This document shows positions 38,621 through 47,159 of a stretch of DNA of 64,000 nucleotides, piece by piece. The stretch comes from Candidatus Roizmanbacteria bacterium RIFCSPHIGHO2_02_FULL_40_13b (lineage in GTDB: Bacteria; Patescibacteriota; Microgenomatia; UBA1406; HO2-37-13b). A program made the translations under genes and the position numbers. The stretch lies in assembly GCA_001789445.1 (NCBI GenBank), contig MFZQ01000013.1, positions 4,596 to 68,595 on the forward strand, in the 5' to 3' direction. The notes under the pieces were generated by a model that worked only from the letters and a program-made list of their open reading frames with translations, was not told the origin of the DNA and made no database searches. How positions within the stretch are numbered: the stretch's first letter is position 1; every line of letters begins with the position of its first letter.

Positions 38621-38860
38621 TTACTTCCCCTCACCCCCTTTTTCTTCTTTCATTTCATTCTTTTCTACAACTTTTACCCCCTCTATATCTAAATCATCGT
38701 TCAGGGTACTTTCAAATTCCTTTTTAACTTTTTTGATCTCTCTTCCAGATTCACCGAGTCCTTTTGCCCATTCCATTAGCTTTTTTTGCCCAAATAGTAC
38801 GAGAAGTATAAATGCAATGATAACAATCTCTGTCGTGCCAAGATTATTTAAAATATTCAT
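38621..38860 (-). CDS. tatA: TatA/B subunit
   Basis: LGTTEIVIIAFILLVLFGQKKL.E.AKGLGE..RE.KK plus a charged tail. Confidence 0.9.
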   Translation of the reverse strand: MNILNNLGTTEIVIIAFILLVLFGQKKLMEWAKGLGESGREIKKVKKEFESTLNDDLDIEGVKVVEKNEMKEEKGGEGK

Positions 38861-38950
38861 ACGTTGAGAGTATCAAAGACGAAATAAAAAAGCAAGTACT
38901 TATACAAGTCCCATACAGCTACCGCAAAACAAAATGTCGGTTTTTTATAC

Positions 38951-39121
38951 CGTCATGCTGAATTTACTCGCCTCGGCGAAGCCAAGCGAAGTCGGGTTTC
39001 AGTCTGCCTGCCGGCAGGCAGGCGTTCAGAATGACACTGTTGTCATTCCCGCGCAGGCCGAAGGTCCTCGTAAGGGGACGGGAATCTATTCTTATGGATC
39101 CCCGTCTTCACGGGGATGACA
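38951..39121. repeat. triply nested REP cluster
   Basis: CGTCATGCTGAATTT[..CGCCTCGGCGAAGCCAAGCGAAGTCGGG]TTTCAG[TCTGCCTGCCGGCAGGCAGG]..CAGAATGACA, plus a dimer with a GCCGAAGGTCC insert. Confidence 0.85.
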
Positions 39122-39240
39122 GAAAAGTAACAGTTGTTAATCTGGCAACGACCCGTATCAATGTTGCCATTCGGTCACATATTTAGATCTAGCAACACGA
39201 AGTCTCATACAATTAGTAAATTGTAACGATTAATGCTAAG

Positions 39241-39867
39241 ATGAGATTAATGCTATTAAATGAATGGATATTTTTAGATATGATTGTTAATACTTCTCTC
39301 TTGCTTTCGGCAACATCATTCTTTATCGTATCACTAATGTTTGGTGATGCCTTATTTGCCCGATTTAATCTTAAGACTTTCATGAAATTTCTAGGCTTTC
39401 TTTTGATTGGAGTAACCTTTATCTTAAATTTATTACATATAAGTTATCCTGTTTTAATCTTCTGGTTCATGTCAGCGGGTTTGGTCTTACTGTTTCTCGG
39501 TTTTATACTAGATCCATTATCTAAATTGAAGTTTTTCGCCCCATTACCGCTTGTTTTCTTCCCATTTCTTAACGATCATATCCTTTTTTTTGTTTTAAGT
39601 CTGATGATAACTGTCGGAGTTTTTCAGCTGGCATATACCACAAGTCATAGAGATTTAATACCGCTCGGGGTAAGTTTTACGCTCATTTCTGTAGGGGAGT
39701 ATCTATTTCATCTTAAAGGTATTGAGCAATTAAAACAGTTGGCCGTAGCTGGATCATTTTTATACCTTTTTGCCTCATTGATACTGCTTGGTTGGGCATG
39801 GTCATATATAGCATTACGACTTATTTATTTATTGAAAAGAAAGAAATCTAGCTCATTGCAAGGATGA
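39241..39867 (+). CDS. multi-TM hypothetical protein
   Basis: About 7 hydrophobic helices. Confidence 0.65.
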   Translation: MRLMLLNEWIFLDMIVNTSLLLSATSFFIVSLMFGDALFARFNLKTFMKFLGFLLIGVTFILNLLHISYPVLIFWFMSAGLVLLFLGFILDPLSKLKFFAPLPLVFFPFLNDHILFFVLSLMITVGVFQLAYTTSHRDLIPLGVSFTLISVGEYLFHLKGIEQLKQLAVAGSFLYLFASLILLGWAWSYIALRLIYLLKRKKSSSLQG

Positions 39868-39876
39868 TTTGAAGAC

Positions 39877-40245
39877 TTAAGAAGCTAATCTGGCGACAAC
39901 TCTTGAAACTACAACTTCTGGCAAGATATCTGTTTTAACATAGTAGTCTACTGCCCCCAAATCTTTGCATTTCTTAATATCTTCGTCTTGATGCAAAACA
40001 GACAGACAGATCACGGGTATCTCTTTTAAGAGTGAATCACTTTTAAGTGCTTTTAAGACCTCAAAACCATCTTTTTTTGGGAGTACTAAATCTAAAAGTA
40101 TCAGATCTGGTTTTTCTTCTCTAATTTTAGAAAGTCCTTCCTGTCCATCGACTGCATACATAAATTCATGACCAGAATCTTTAAAAGCTACTTGGTACAT
40201 CCGAAGAAGCGGTAGATCGTCTTCAATCAGTAATATTTTAGACAT
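39877..40245 (-). CDS. single-domain response regulator
   Basis: ILLIEDD, PDLILLDLVLP.KDG and GAVDYYVK. Confidence 0.92.
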   Translation of the reverse strand: MSKILLIEDDLPLLRMYQVAFKDSGHEFMYAVDGQEGLSKIREEKPDLILLDLVLPKKDGFEVLKALKSDSLLKEIPVICLSVLHQDEDIKKCKDLGAVDYYVKTDILPEVVVSRVVARLAS

Positions 40246-41854
40246 TTTTAGACAGAGGTAACGCTATGCTAAATGTTGAGCCTTTTCCCACTGTACTTTC
40301 TGCCGAGATTGTACCACCCATTACTGTTAAAAGCAACTTTGCAATATACAGTCCTAAGCCATGAGACTCACTTTGTGTTTGAAGCCAATTTTCTGAAGAA
40401 TAAAACTTCTCAAATATATGAGGAAGGTCTTTTTGATTAATTCCAATACCGGTATCTTTGATGTGAACTATACCCATAGTATCTGTTTTGCCATAGGTAA
40501 TAGCAATGGCTCCTTTTTTACTATACTTTATAGCGTTGTCTATCACATTTATTAAAACTTCTTTGGTTTGTTCTTTATCTGCAAAAACCATCAGTTTTTT
40601 GGGCGAAGGTAATTCTAATGCTAATTTCTTGCCCTGTAGCTTTTGTTTCGAGTCAAAAGCCACACTCCGCGACAACTCGTCCATGTCAAAGTTTGCACTT
40701 ACCATTTTAACGTTCTCGCTTTCTATTCTTGATGTTGTAAGTAGTGATTTTACAAGGCTTGACATTCTTTCACTACTATAAAGCGTTTCTTGAAGATATT
40801 TTTGTGCTTCTGTATCTATTTTTCCCACCTTTCCTGATAGTAACATGGAAGTATATCCCTTCATTAAAGCCAGCGGGGTCAGAAGTTGATGAGATGCAAC
40901 CAAAATAAAGTCATTTTCATTTTCTTGTAACTCAACATCATGTTTGAGCTGTTCCTCTTTAAGTTCCATTATTTGTGTTACTTTTTGTTGACGCCTAAGA
41001 TCAATCTTATTTAATTTGATAGTAATCCAACACATTAAAACAAAAAAAATGGAAACTAAAAAGACGTTAAAGATTGCAAATCCAAATCTAGTATTAATTA
41101 ATCCTGAATCTTGAGCCCAAAGTATTACTTTGCCTAATACTGACGGGATGATAAGAATACTTGGAAGCAATATTCTACTTATTTTACTCCCCGAGAAGTT
41201 AGAAGAAATAACTGTCATAAACCCTCTATCAGATCTGATAAGTAGCATTGCCAAGGATGTTATATAAAAAGCGATGGCAGTATTAAAAGCCATCGGTACT
41301 TGTGCCAGAACACCGTATAGATTTTGAACTGAATAGACATACCCAAGGATTGCCAAAAGCGAAATCAAATTAACTAAAAAACACAAAATATTTATTAATT
41401 TATAGTACTTATCTTTCGTCAGAAGAAATAAAGAAATGCCGATAAAGACAAAATTAAAAGCAGTGTTTGGAGCAATCCTATTTCCAAATAATTTTGATCC
41501 AAATAAAAGTTGATCTATGTGCGTATCAAAGCCAAATATAATTGCCCCGAGACTTGCGAACCCGACCACAAATACAATTATTCCAGCAAGCTGTGCAAGC
41601 CAGATAAATTTATGCATTTTTTTCTGTAGAATTATCTGAATAGATAGACCAATCAAGATAAAACAGAGAGCTGTGAGAGGATTCATAAAGATATACCCTG
41701 GTTGAAAGTTTCTGATGAAATCAATATCAAATTGCCAGCCAAATTCGGCCAGTATGCCGATTACTATTACAAACAAAGAAAATAGTGAGGCAATCTCTCT
41801 AAAAAAAGTAAGTATTCTTGAATCCTGAATTGTTTCAGTACTGTTATTGTCCAT
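40238..41854 (-). CDS. membrane sensor histidine kinase
   Basis: ASHQLLTPL H-box, NVIDNAIKY, DTGIGI, GLGL and GKGSTF. Confidence 0.93.
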   Translation of the reverse strand: MDNNSTETIQDSRILTFFREIASLFSLFVIVIGILAEFGWQFDIDFIRNFQPGYIFMNPLTALCFILIGLSIQIILQKKMHKFIWLAQLAGIIVFVVGFASLGAIIFGFDTHIDQLLFGSKLFGNRIAPNTAFNFVFIGISLFLLTKDKYYKLINILCFLVNLISLLAILGYVYSVQNLYGVLAQVPMAFNTAIAFYITSLAMLLIRSDRGFMTVISSNFSGSKISRILLPSILIIPSVLGKVILWAQDSGLINTRFGFAIFNVFLVSIFFVLMCWITIKLNKIDLRRQQKVTQIMELKEEQLKHDVELQENENDFILVASHQLLTPLALMKGYTSMLLSGKVGKIDTEAQKYLQETLYSSERMSSLVKSLLTTSRIESENVKMVSANFDMDELSRSVAFDSKQKLQGKKLALELPSPKKLMVFADKEQTKEVLINVIDNAIKYSKKGAIAITYGKTDTMGIVHIKDTGIGINQKDLPHIFEKFYSSENWLQTQSESHGLGLYIAKLLLTVMGGTISAESTVGKGSTFSIALPLSKNV

Positions 41855-41886
41855 ACATAGAGTTTGTAATTTTTATCTACTATTGC

Positions 41887-42303
41887 TCAAAACACCAATA
41901 ACGAAACAGAGGTGTTATAAAAATAATGCAGTAATCCTGCAAGTACTATTCCTAAAAATAGTAGCCTTTTATCAAGTAATGCCGGTATCAAAATCGCAAG
42001 CGAAGTGGTAATATGTAACGGCATAGTTACCATAAATCTGAAAAGGTGTGTTTGACTCGTTGCGGGGGAAAACAAATAAAGGAAGTTTTCAGTTATCCCG
42101 AATAAAAAACCTATCAGTATTGTTGCATAGATCTTTTGACGGTTGTCGCCCGACTTTAAAATGAAGAAGATTAAAAGTGCCTTGGCTAATTCTTCCACAA
42201 TATGTGGGTAGGGAAAAAATATCTCTATCGGCCAAAGAATAAATGGTGCAATTGCCGCAAATACAGCAGTGAAAATATACATACGTTTTTGATTCTCTTT
42301 CAT
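41887..42303 (-). CDS. minimal PrsW-family protease (paralog of 37116-37529)
   Basis: PFILWPIE..PYP.IVEELAKA, FG.TEN.LY, PLH and LLHYFYN. Confidence 0.8.
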   Translation of the reverse strand: MKENQKRMYIFTAVFAAIAPFILWPIEIFFPYPHIVEELAKALLIFFILKSGDNRQKIYATILIGFLFGITENFLYLFSPATSQTHLFRFMVTMPLHITTSLAILIPALLDKRLLFLGIVLAGLLHYFYNTSVSLLVF

Positions 42304-42361
42304 AGCAGTTGCTTTTAATTATTACACAATAATCTTTTAAATATACAAACCAAAGATGGTA

Positions 42362-43660
42362 TCACTTAAGCGAGGCAATGGTAGCTTTGAGTTTGGCATC
42401 TTTAAGCATCTTACCAGCGGTTCCAACAGTTGCGTGACCGGCGACAACCTCATCCCATACAGCATCAGCAATTTCCGAAGCAGATGCACCGCCAGCAGTT
42501 GTTTCGATAAAGGTATCAGTACCAAGATCACGTGTGTTTCCCAGTGTATTTTTGGTGAATGTATGCCCGTTCCTGACACCAGTTCTTAGAACCCCCGTGC
42601 CAATATCAATGCCGTATCCAGTGTGTTTATAGATGAGATTATTTTCAAAAATGTTATCTGCAATGCCTGTGCCAGATAACACTACTCCATTGACATTATC
42701 ATAAATAAGACACTGTGAAACGAGGGTACGAGTGGTACTGTTTCCGAATGTAATCCCATCTCCAGTTCCAGATTTTCCATTGAGCTCAATTACTGATGAG
42801 GTAATAGTAGACCGAGTTGATGATGAAATACTAATTCCTGACCCTCGACTTCCAGTTATCCACGTATCTTTTATGAGAGCGTTATCCCCAGTTATTGAAA
42901 TCGCATTTTGTGAACCCGTGCCAGCTGTTGAAATATATATTCCGCTTAGCTCCACATTATCAGCGGTAATGTTTATTGTGGGGCTTGTGTCAAGGGTTGG
43001 TATAAGTTGGAATATATAACCCGGGCCTCGTATTTTTAAATTATTTTTGGTAACAGTAAGCGTTTCAGTTACTGTCGTTGTCCCACTGGTGTTACTACTC
43101 ATACAAAAAATAACATCATTGTTGCCGGCTATGACTAACGTTTGGGCTTGAGAAAATGTAGCCACGGCCTTGGTTGGTTTGGTTCCATCGTTTGCATCAT
43201 CTCCATTTATTGGATTCCAATAAAGATATTGTCCGACACCACGTCTTGAACCAACAAGAGATTCAACTAGATAGAGTAAATTGGTGTCTGATTCAGGTGT
43301 TGCGATAGTTGGGGAAGAGGACTGAGCGATAGTAACGGAGGTAAAGGCTGACGATGCAATAGGATTACCGCTTTCTGCTACTAAATTACCACCAGTAACA
43401 ATGCAAGCTACCGTATCTGGACCTGGACGTGCCTCAAATCGAAGCTTCCAATTATCTAAGAGTACAAGAGTAATCCCCACCGAAACACTACCGCCCAAGT
43501 TCTGTTTCCCAAATGCTTCGGCAATCTGTGAATTTGCTAACCCTGGTGTTAATTCATCTTCGGTGTCTCTGATCTCATTTATCAATGTTTGAAGATCGAC
43601 AGATGTTTGAGGAGCAGGGACCTCGATTATGCTATTGTAAAAATCGAATACAAGTGCCAT
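42362..43660 (-). CDS. signal-less protein with right-handed beta-helix (pectin-lyase-like/tailspike-like)
   Basis: GDDANDG..P.KA..TF..A and GISI/GIDI repeats; C-terminal IADAVWDE. Confidence 0.75.
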   Translation of the reverse strand: MALVFDFYNSIIEVPAPQTSVDLQTLINEIRDTEDELTPGLANSQIAEAFGKQNLGGSVSVGITLVLLDNWKLRFEARPGPDTVACIVTGGNLVAESGNPIASSAFTSVTIAQSSSPTIATPESDTNLLYLVESLVGSRRGVGQYLYWNPINGDDANDGTKPTKAVATFSQAQTLVIAGNNDVIFCMSSNTSGTTTVTETLTVTKNNLKIRGPGYIFQLIPTLDTSPTINITADNVELSGIYISTAGTGSQNAISITGDNALIKDTWITGSRGSGISISSSTRSTITSSVIELNGKSGTGDGITFGNSTTRTLVSQCLIYDNVNGVVLSGTGIADNIFENNLIYKHTGYGIDIGTGVLRTGVRNGHTFTKNTLGNTRDLGTDTFIETTAGGASASEIADAVWDEVVAGHATVGTAGKMLKDAKLKATIASLK

Positions 43661-43704
43661 AGATTAATCATATCAAAGATTATATAGAGAATAGAATAAA
43701 GTTA

Positions 43705-44208
43705 TTAATTTAGGTCTTTTTCTATATATTTAACTCTATCAAGCTGTCCTTCTAATGTCAGTTTCGCGGTAGTTTCTATCCATTGTAAAAAAGGGCCAGG
43801 GAATATTTTTTTCTCCTCACGAAATAAATTAACGACCTCCAAGACTGCTTTTTGATTACCAACAATAATTGGTCCACGTTCAGTTCCTACTGAAGTATCG
43901 ACGATCTCAAATAGGTCGCTATTTAGGAGCTCTTTATAGAGTGGATCATTTTTAATCATGCTAATATACATTGGAGGATCGGTAATTTGAACGAGTGGAA
44001 AAAAGTCTTCGATTACAAAAAACCATTGCCCGTTTTTGTGTGTTCTACGAATGATTTCTCCGTAATAAGAAAGATCATCATAAAAAACGACAGGGGAGGG
44101 AGGGGGATTTTGAATAGGTTTAGGACCGTTCACATGCTTTATACTCATAAACCTTCCTCCTGGTCCTCGAACTGGTTTATTCTTTGTGTCTAAGGTATCA
44201 GTGCTCAT
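43705..44208 (-). CDS. Bro-N-like domain protein
   Basis: IRR....GQWFFVIED and F.QWI; N-terminal RGPGGRF. Confidence 0.55.
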   Translation of the reverse strand: MSTDTLDTKNKPVRGPGGRFMSIKHVNGPKPIQNPPPSPVVFYDDLSYYGEIIRRTHKNGQWFFVIEDFFPLVQITDPPMYISMIKNDPLYKELLNSDLFEIVDTSVGTERGPIIVGNQKAVLEVVNLFREEKKIFPGPFLQWIETTAKLTLEGQLDRVKYIEKDLN

Positions 44209-44215
44209 ATTCTCA

Positions 44216-46189
44216 TCAGGTTACGATTGTATCAGTTGTTCGGATTGCAGAGGTAGAGAATCCGGTTGAGCCAAATGTACCCGTTGTTTCAAATGGTAAA
44301 ATGGCAACTGATGCTTTTCGTCGCACCCGAAGAAGTATTGTTCGGTCTGAAACGTAGATAACCTGAACCGTGATAGAAGTAGAGCTTGCCTGCTCGTCGA
44401 TAAATGGCACATACGCTTTATCATCTGACGCCGTATACGACCGGTCTAGAGTGGGGGAGACACCCGAAAATGTCGATCCACTCCATGAAGTATAGGTGTA
44501 ACGGGTTTCTCGAGTTGCCGTCAAATCACTCGTGTCAACGAGTCTGATAGCTCCAGACGACGGAGTATCATTTGAAATAGCACCAGATACAACAACTGTT
44601 GAATTACCCGAGTTGTTACCTGCGGCTAATGAATACATTGCCTTATCGATAGTGGTACCTGAAGTTGTTCTGAAAACTGACACTCTATCGCCGGAAAGAA
44701 GGTTGGTGATAGTAACACTCTGTTTATTAGGTGGCGTTCTTGTCACACCGTTCGCATCAATCAGTTGGAAGTTCTGAACATCAGCCGCCGCCATATTTTC
44801 GATCCAGACACCTTGGGCACCGAAGAATTTTCCTCCAGCGAAAGTTCCAAGAGGAGAGGCTTTAACTGGTGAGTATGTATTATCAGGAGTGGTTTGATTA
44901 TCTTCATGAGCCCGAATATATTGTTGTCCCTGCAGGGCGCTGTGGGTAATGGCGCCTCCTTGGGCTTTGGCGGTTGGATAGGTACTAAATGTCGAACCAA
45001 CACGAGTGACATATTTAAAATATTCATACGCTTGAGTTAATACTCGGGTAGCACAACCGATAATAACCGAGTAGGGGAAAGATGAACCCTGTTCGAAATT
45101 CTTACTCATAGTATATGCTTCAGTTAAAGTAGAGGAGGACGTAGCTGTAGCACTTGAAGTACCGCCGGTAATGACATTGGTACCATTGAATGTCCCAACT
45201 ACATTACCCAAAGTCATAGTCCCTGCCCCCGTTGTCGTCGTTTGATATAAAAAGATACCAGTGGCGCCAGAAACAGCTTGAGATACAGGCTCTAAGTTGG
45301 TAAATGCCCCACTTATCGCGCTGTAGGTAAGGGTGCCATTGACAAAAGCGATTGTAATATCGCTATATCCTGAAACAGTCGCAGTAGCGGTCAGGTTATT
45401 AAGGTCAGGAGACGTGGCCAACGGTACCGCATTTCGGCCACCTGCGGTAAGATCGATTCCAAAGTGATCGTATAAATCGGCACTACCTCCTGCTGGATAG
45501 TGGCGTAAAAATACGGTAATTTTAGCGAGGTCAATTTCAGTTCCGGCCTCTTTAACTTTAATGAGTACATCAATTTGTCTGGTACCGGCACCTGTTTCAG
45601 GCCACCATTCAGTAAGTCTTGCCCCATTTTGAATGATATATATTTGCTGTGTATCATCTTCTTCAATAGATCCAAGAGTGTAGACGTTAGGATAGAGATT
45701 TTCACCGGTAACCGAGGCTCCGTTGGCATCACCTGCACCAGTACCCGTTGATATCGTCATAACGGAGTTATTGGCTATAGTTGAAGCAGAACGAATCCAC
45801 CATTTATTGAGCGTATTGTCATAGGCAAGCAGCTCTCCAGCTCCGCCTCCGTCGTCCAAAACCGTCTTGCCAATATCGCCTGCCACAGCGTTAACGTAGG
45901 TGCCATCAAGTAGTAATATCTGAATTGCCCCGCTATAACCGCTTGTTTGTATAGCACCACCCTTTAAATATTGAAATGAAGGTTCGTCCATAAACCAACC
46001 ATTGATGAGTGTGTAGTCGGTAGGAGTTTGGGCTGACATTGGAATTGTATCATCCATCTGCGCAAGTTCATCAAACGTATCTTGCAGGTATGAGTAGAGC
46101 GCATTTACGGTATAAACATTACTATTTGCGGAATGATAAACGCGTTTATTTACGTAATCAATTGTAAAATCAGAGCTAATTGTTGCCAT
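44216..46189 (-). CDS. large signal-less Gly/Thr-rich structural (fibre-like) protein
   Basis: 657 aa, beta-rich; shares its N-module with 42362-43660 and its C-module with 47160-49967. Confidence 0.75.
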   Translation of the reverse strand: MATISSDFTIDYVNKRVYHSANSNVYTVNALYSYLQDTFDELAQMDDTIPMSAQTPTDYTLINGWFMDEPSFQYLKGGAIQTSGYSGAIQILLLDGTYVNAVAGDIGKTVLDDGGGAGELLAYDNTLNKWWIRSASTIANNSVMTISTGTGAGDANGASVTGENLYPNVYTLGSIEEDDTQQIYIIQNGARLTEWWPETGAGTRQIDVLIKVKEAGTEIDLAKITVFLRHYPAGGSADLYDHFGIDLTAGGRNAVPLATSPDLNNLTATATVSGYSDITIAFVNGTLTYSAISGAFTNLEPVSQAVSGATGIFLYQTTTTGAGTMTLGNVVGTFNGTNVITGGTSSATATSSSTLTEAYTMSKNFEQGSSFPYSVIIGCATRVLTQAYEYFKYVTRVGSTFSTYPTAKAQGGAITHSALQGQQYIRAHEDNQTTPDNTYSPVKASPLGTFAGGKFFGAQGVWIENMAAADVQNFQLIDANGVTRTPPNKQSVTITNLLSGDRVSVFRTTSGTTIDKAMYSLAAGNNSGNSTVVVSGAISNDTPSSGAIRLVDTSDLTATRETRYTYTSWSGSTFSGVSPTLDRSYTASDDKAYVPFIDEQASSTSITVQVIYVSDRTILLRVRRKASVAILPFETTGTFGSTGFSTSAIRTTDTIVT

Positions 46190-46313
46190 TTGTTATTTTT
46201 CTAAAAGTTACAGTGTTAATGATGAATATGACTTTGAATTAGTATAGAGTCTGTTAATAATGACTGTCAAGGACTTTCGTATTTTTGTTATATTTAATCG
46301 GAATTTGATATAT

Positions 46314-46514
46314 TTAATCCGAATTTGATATATTCAATTTTTCTACCTTTTCTATATCGAGATTATATTGTGTATAAAAATCCGTATGTTTGTTATCTGT
46401 ACAAAAACATTCACCCAATGGATTTCTTGCTCTCCAACAACCTATAGAATTGCATTTAGTCTGTGTTTCAGACATTTTTCCACAGCCACCAATACAAACG
46501 AAATGAGGTTTCAT
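46314..46514 (-). CDS. small Cys-rich protein
   Basis: CxxxC..Cx3C..CxCxxxxH pattern; 20-bp tandem duplication at the 3' end (46290-46334). Confidence 0.55.
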   Translation of the reverse strand: MKPHFVCIGGCGKMSETQTKCNSIGCWRARNPLGECFCTDNKHTDFYTQYNLDIEKVEKLNISNSD

Positions 46515-46546
46515 ATATAATATATGTTACAGTACCATGATTTGAT

Positions 46547-47155
46547 TCAATATTCAATAATAATGTTATACGGAAGTTTTAAAGCGTGTACGGTAAAAAA
46601 TGTATCGAGTTCTCGAATAAAGGCAATCTTTTCCAATTCATCTTTATTGTTGGGTATAAATAGTTGATTAAAAATAACACGAGTAGCTATTTTCTTTAAT
46701 TTGAGTAAAAATGGCAAAGATGAAATAGATGTTGGTTGTTCACCACCTAGATAGCAATCAACAACAACTAGATCAAAGATTCTTGTGTCATCAAGTTTGT
46801 TTACATAATCTACTGCATCCCCAATAATAATACCGACTCCTTTGATATTTGCTGGAAAATACTTTTTTGCAATTTTTATCATTTCGGGATCAATTTCTAT
46901 TCCTGTTACAATTGTTTTTTCCCATATACTTTTTATCGTCTTCATTATTGATCCTGCTCCAAAGCCTAAAATGAGTATTTTAGTGTGTTTTTTATTTTTA
47001 TACAGCTTATCAAATACTTCGTCCCACAAAAACTCAATATCTGATCCCGACTGTGCAAATTTACCTACGATAACTGAATAATTGTCGTTTTTTTCAACTA
47101 CACGAATAACATCGTTATATTCAGAATGAAAAAGCTCTATATTTTTATGTTGCAT
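46547..47155 (-). CDS. SAM-dependent methyltransferase (spermidine-synthase-like)
   Basis: ILILGFGAGS, GIEIDPEMI..AK.YF, GDA and DLVVVD. Confidence 0.85.
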   Translation of the reverse strand: MQHKNIELFHSEYNDVIRVVEKNDNYSVIVGKFAQSGSDIEFLWDEVFDKLYKNKKHTKILILGFGAGSIMKTIKSIWEKTIVTGIEIDPEMIKIAKKYFPANIKGVGIIIGDAVDYVNKLDDTRIFDLVVVDCYLGGEQPTSISSLPFLLKLKKIATRVIFNQLFIPNNKDELEKIAFIRELDTFFTVHALKLPYNIIIEY

Positions 47156-47159
47156 GATT

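Noticed and set aside
46290..46334. 20-bp tandem duplication as an att site
   Set aside because: The copies are adjacent with nothing between them, so simple slippage explains it.
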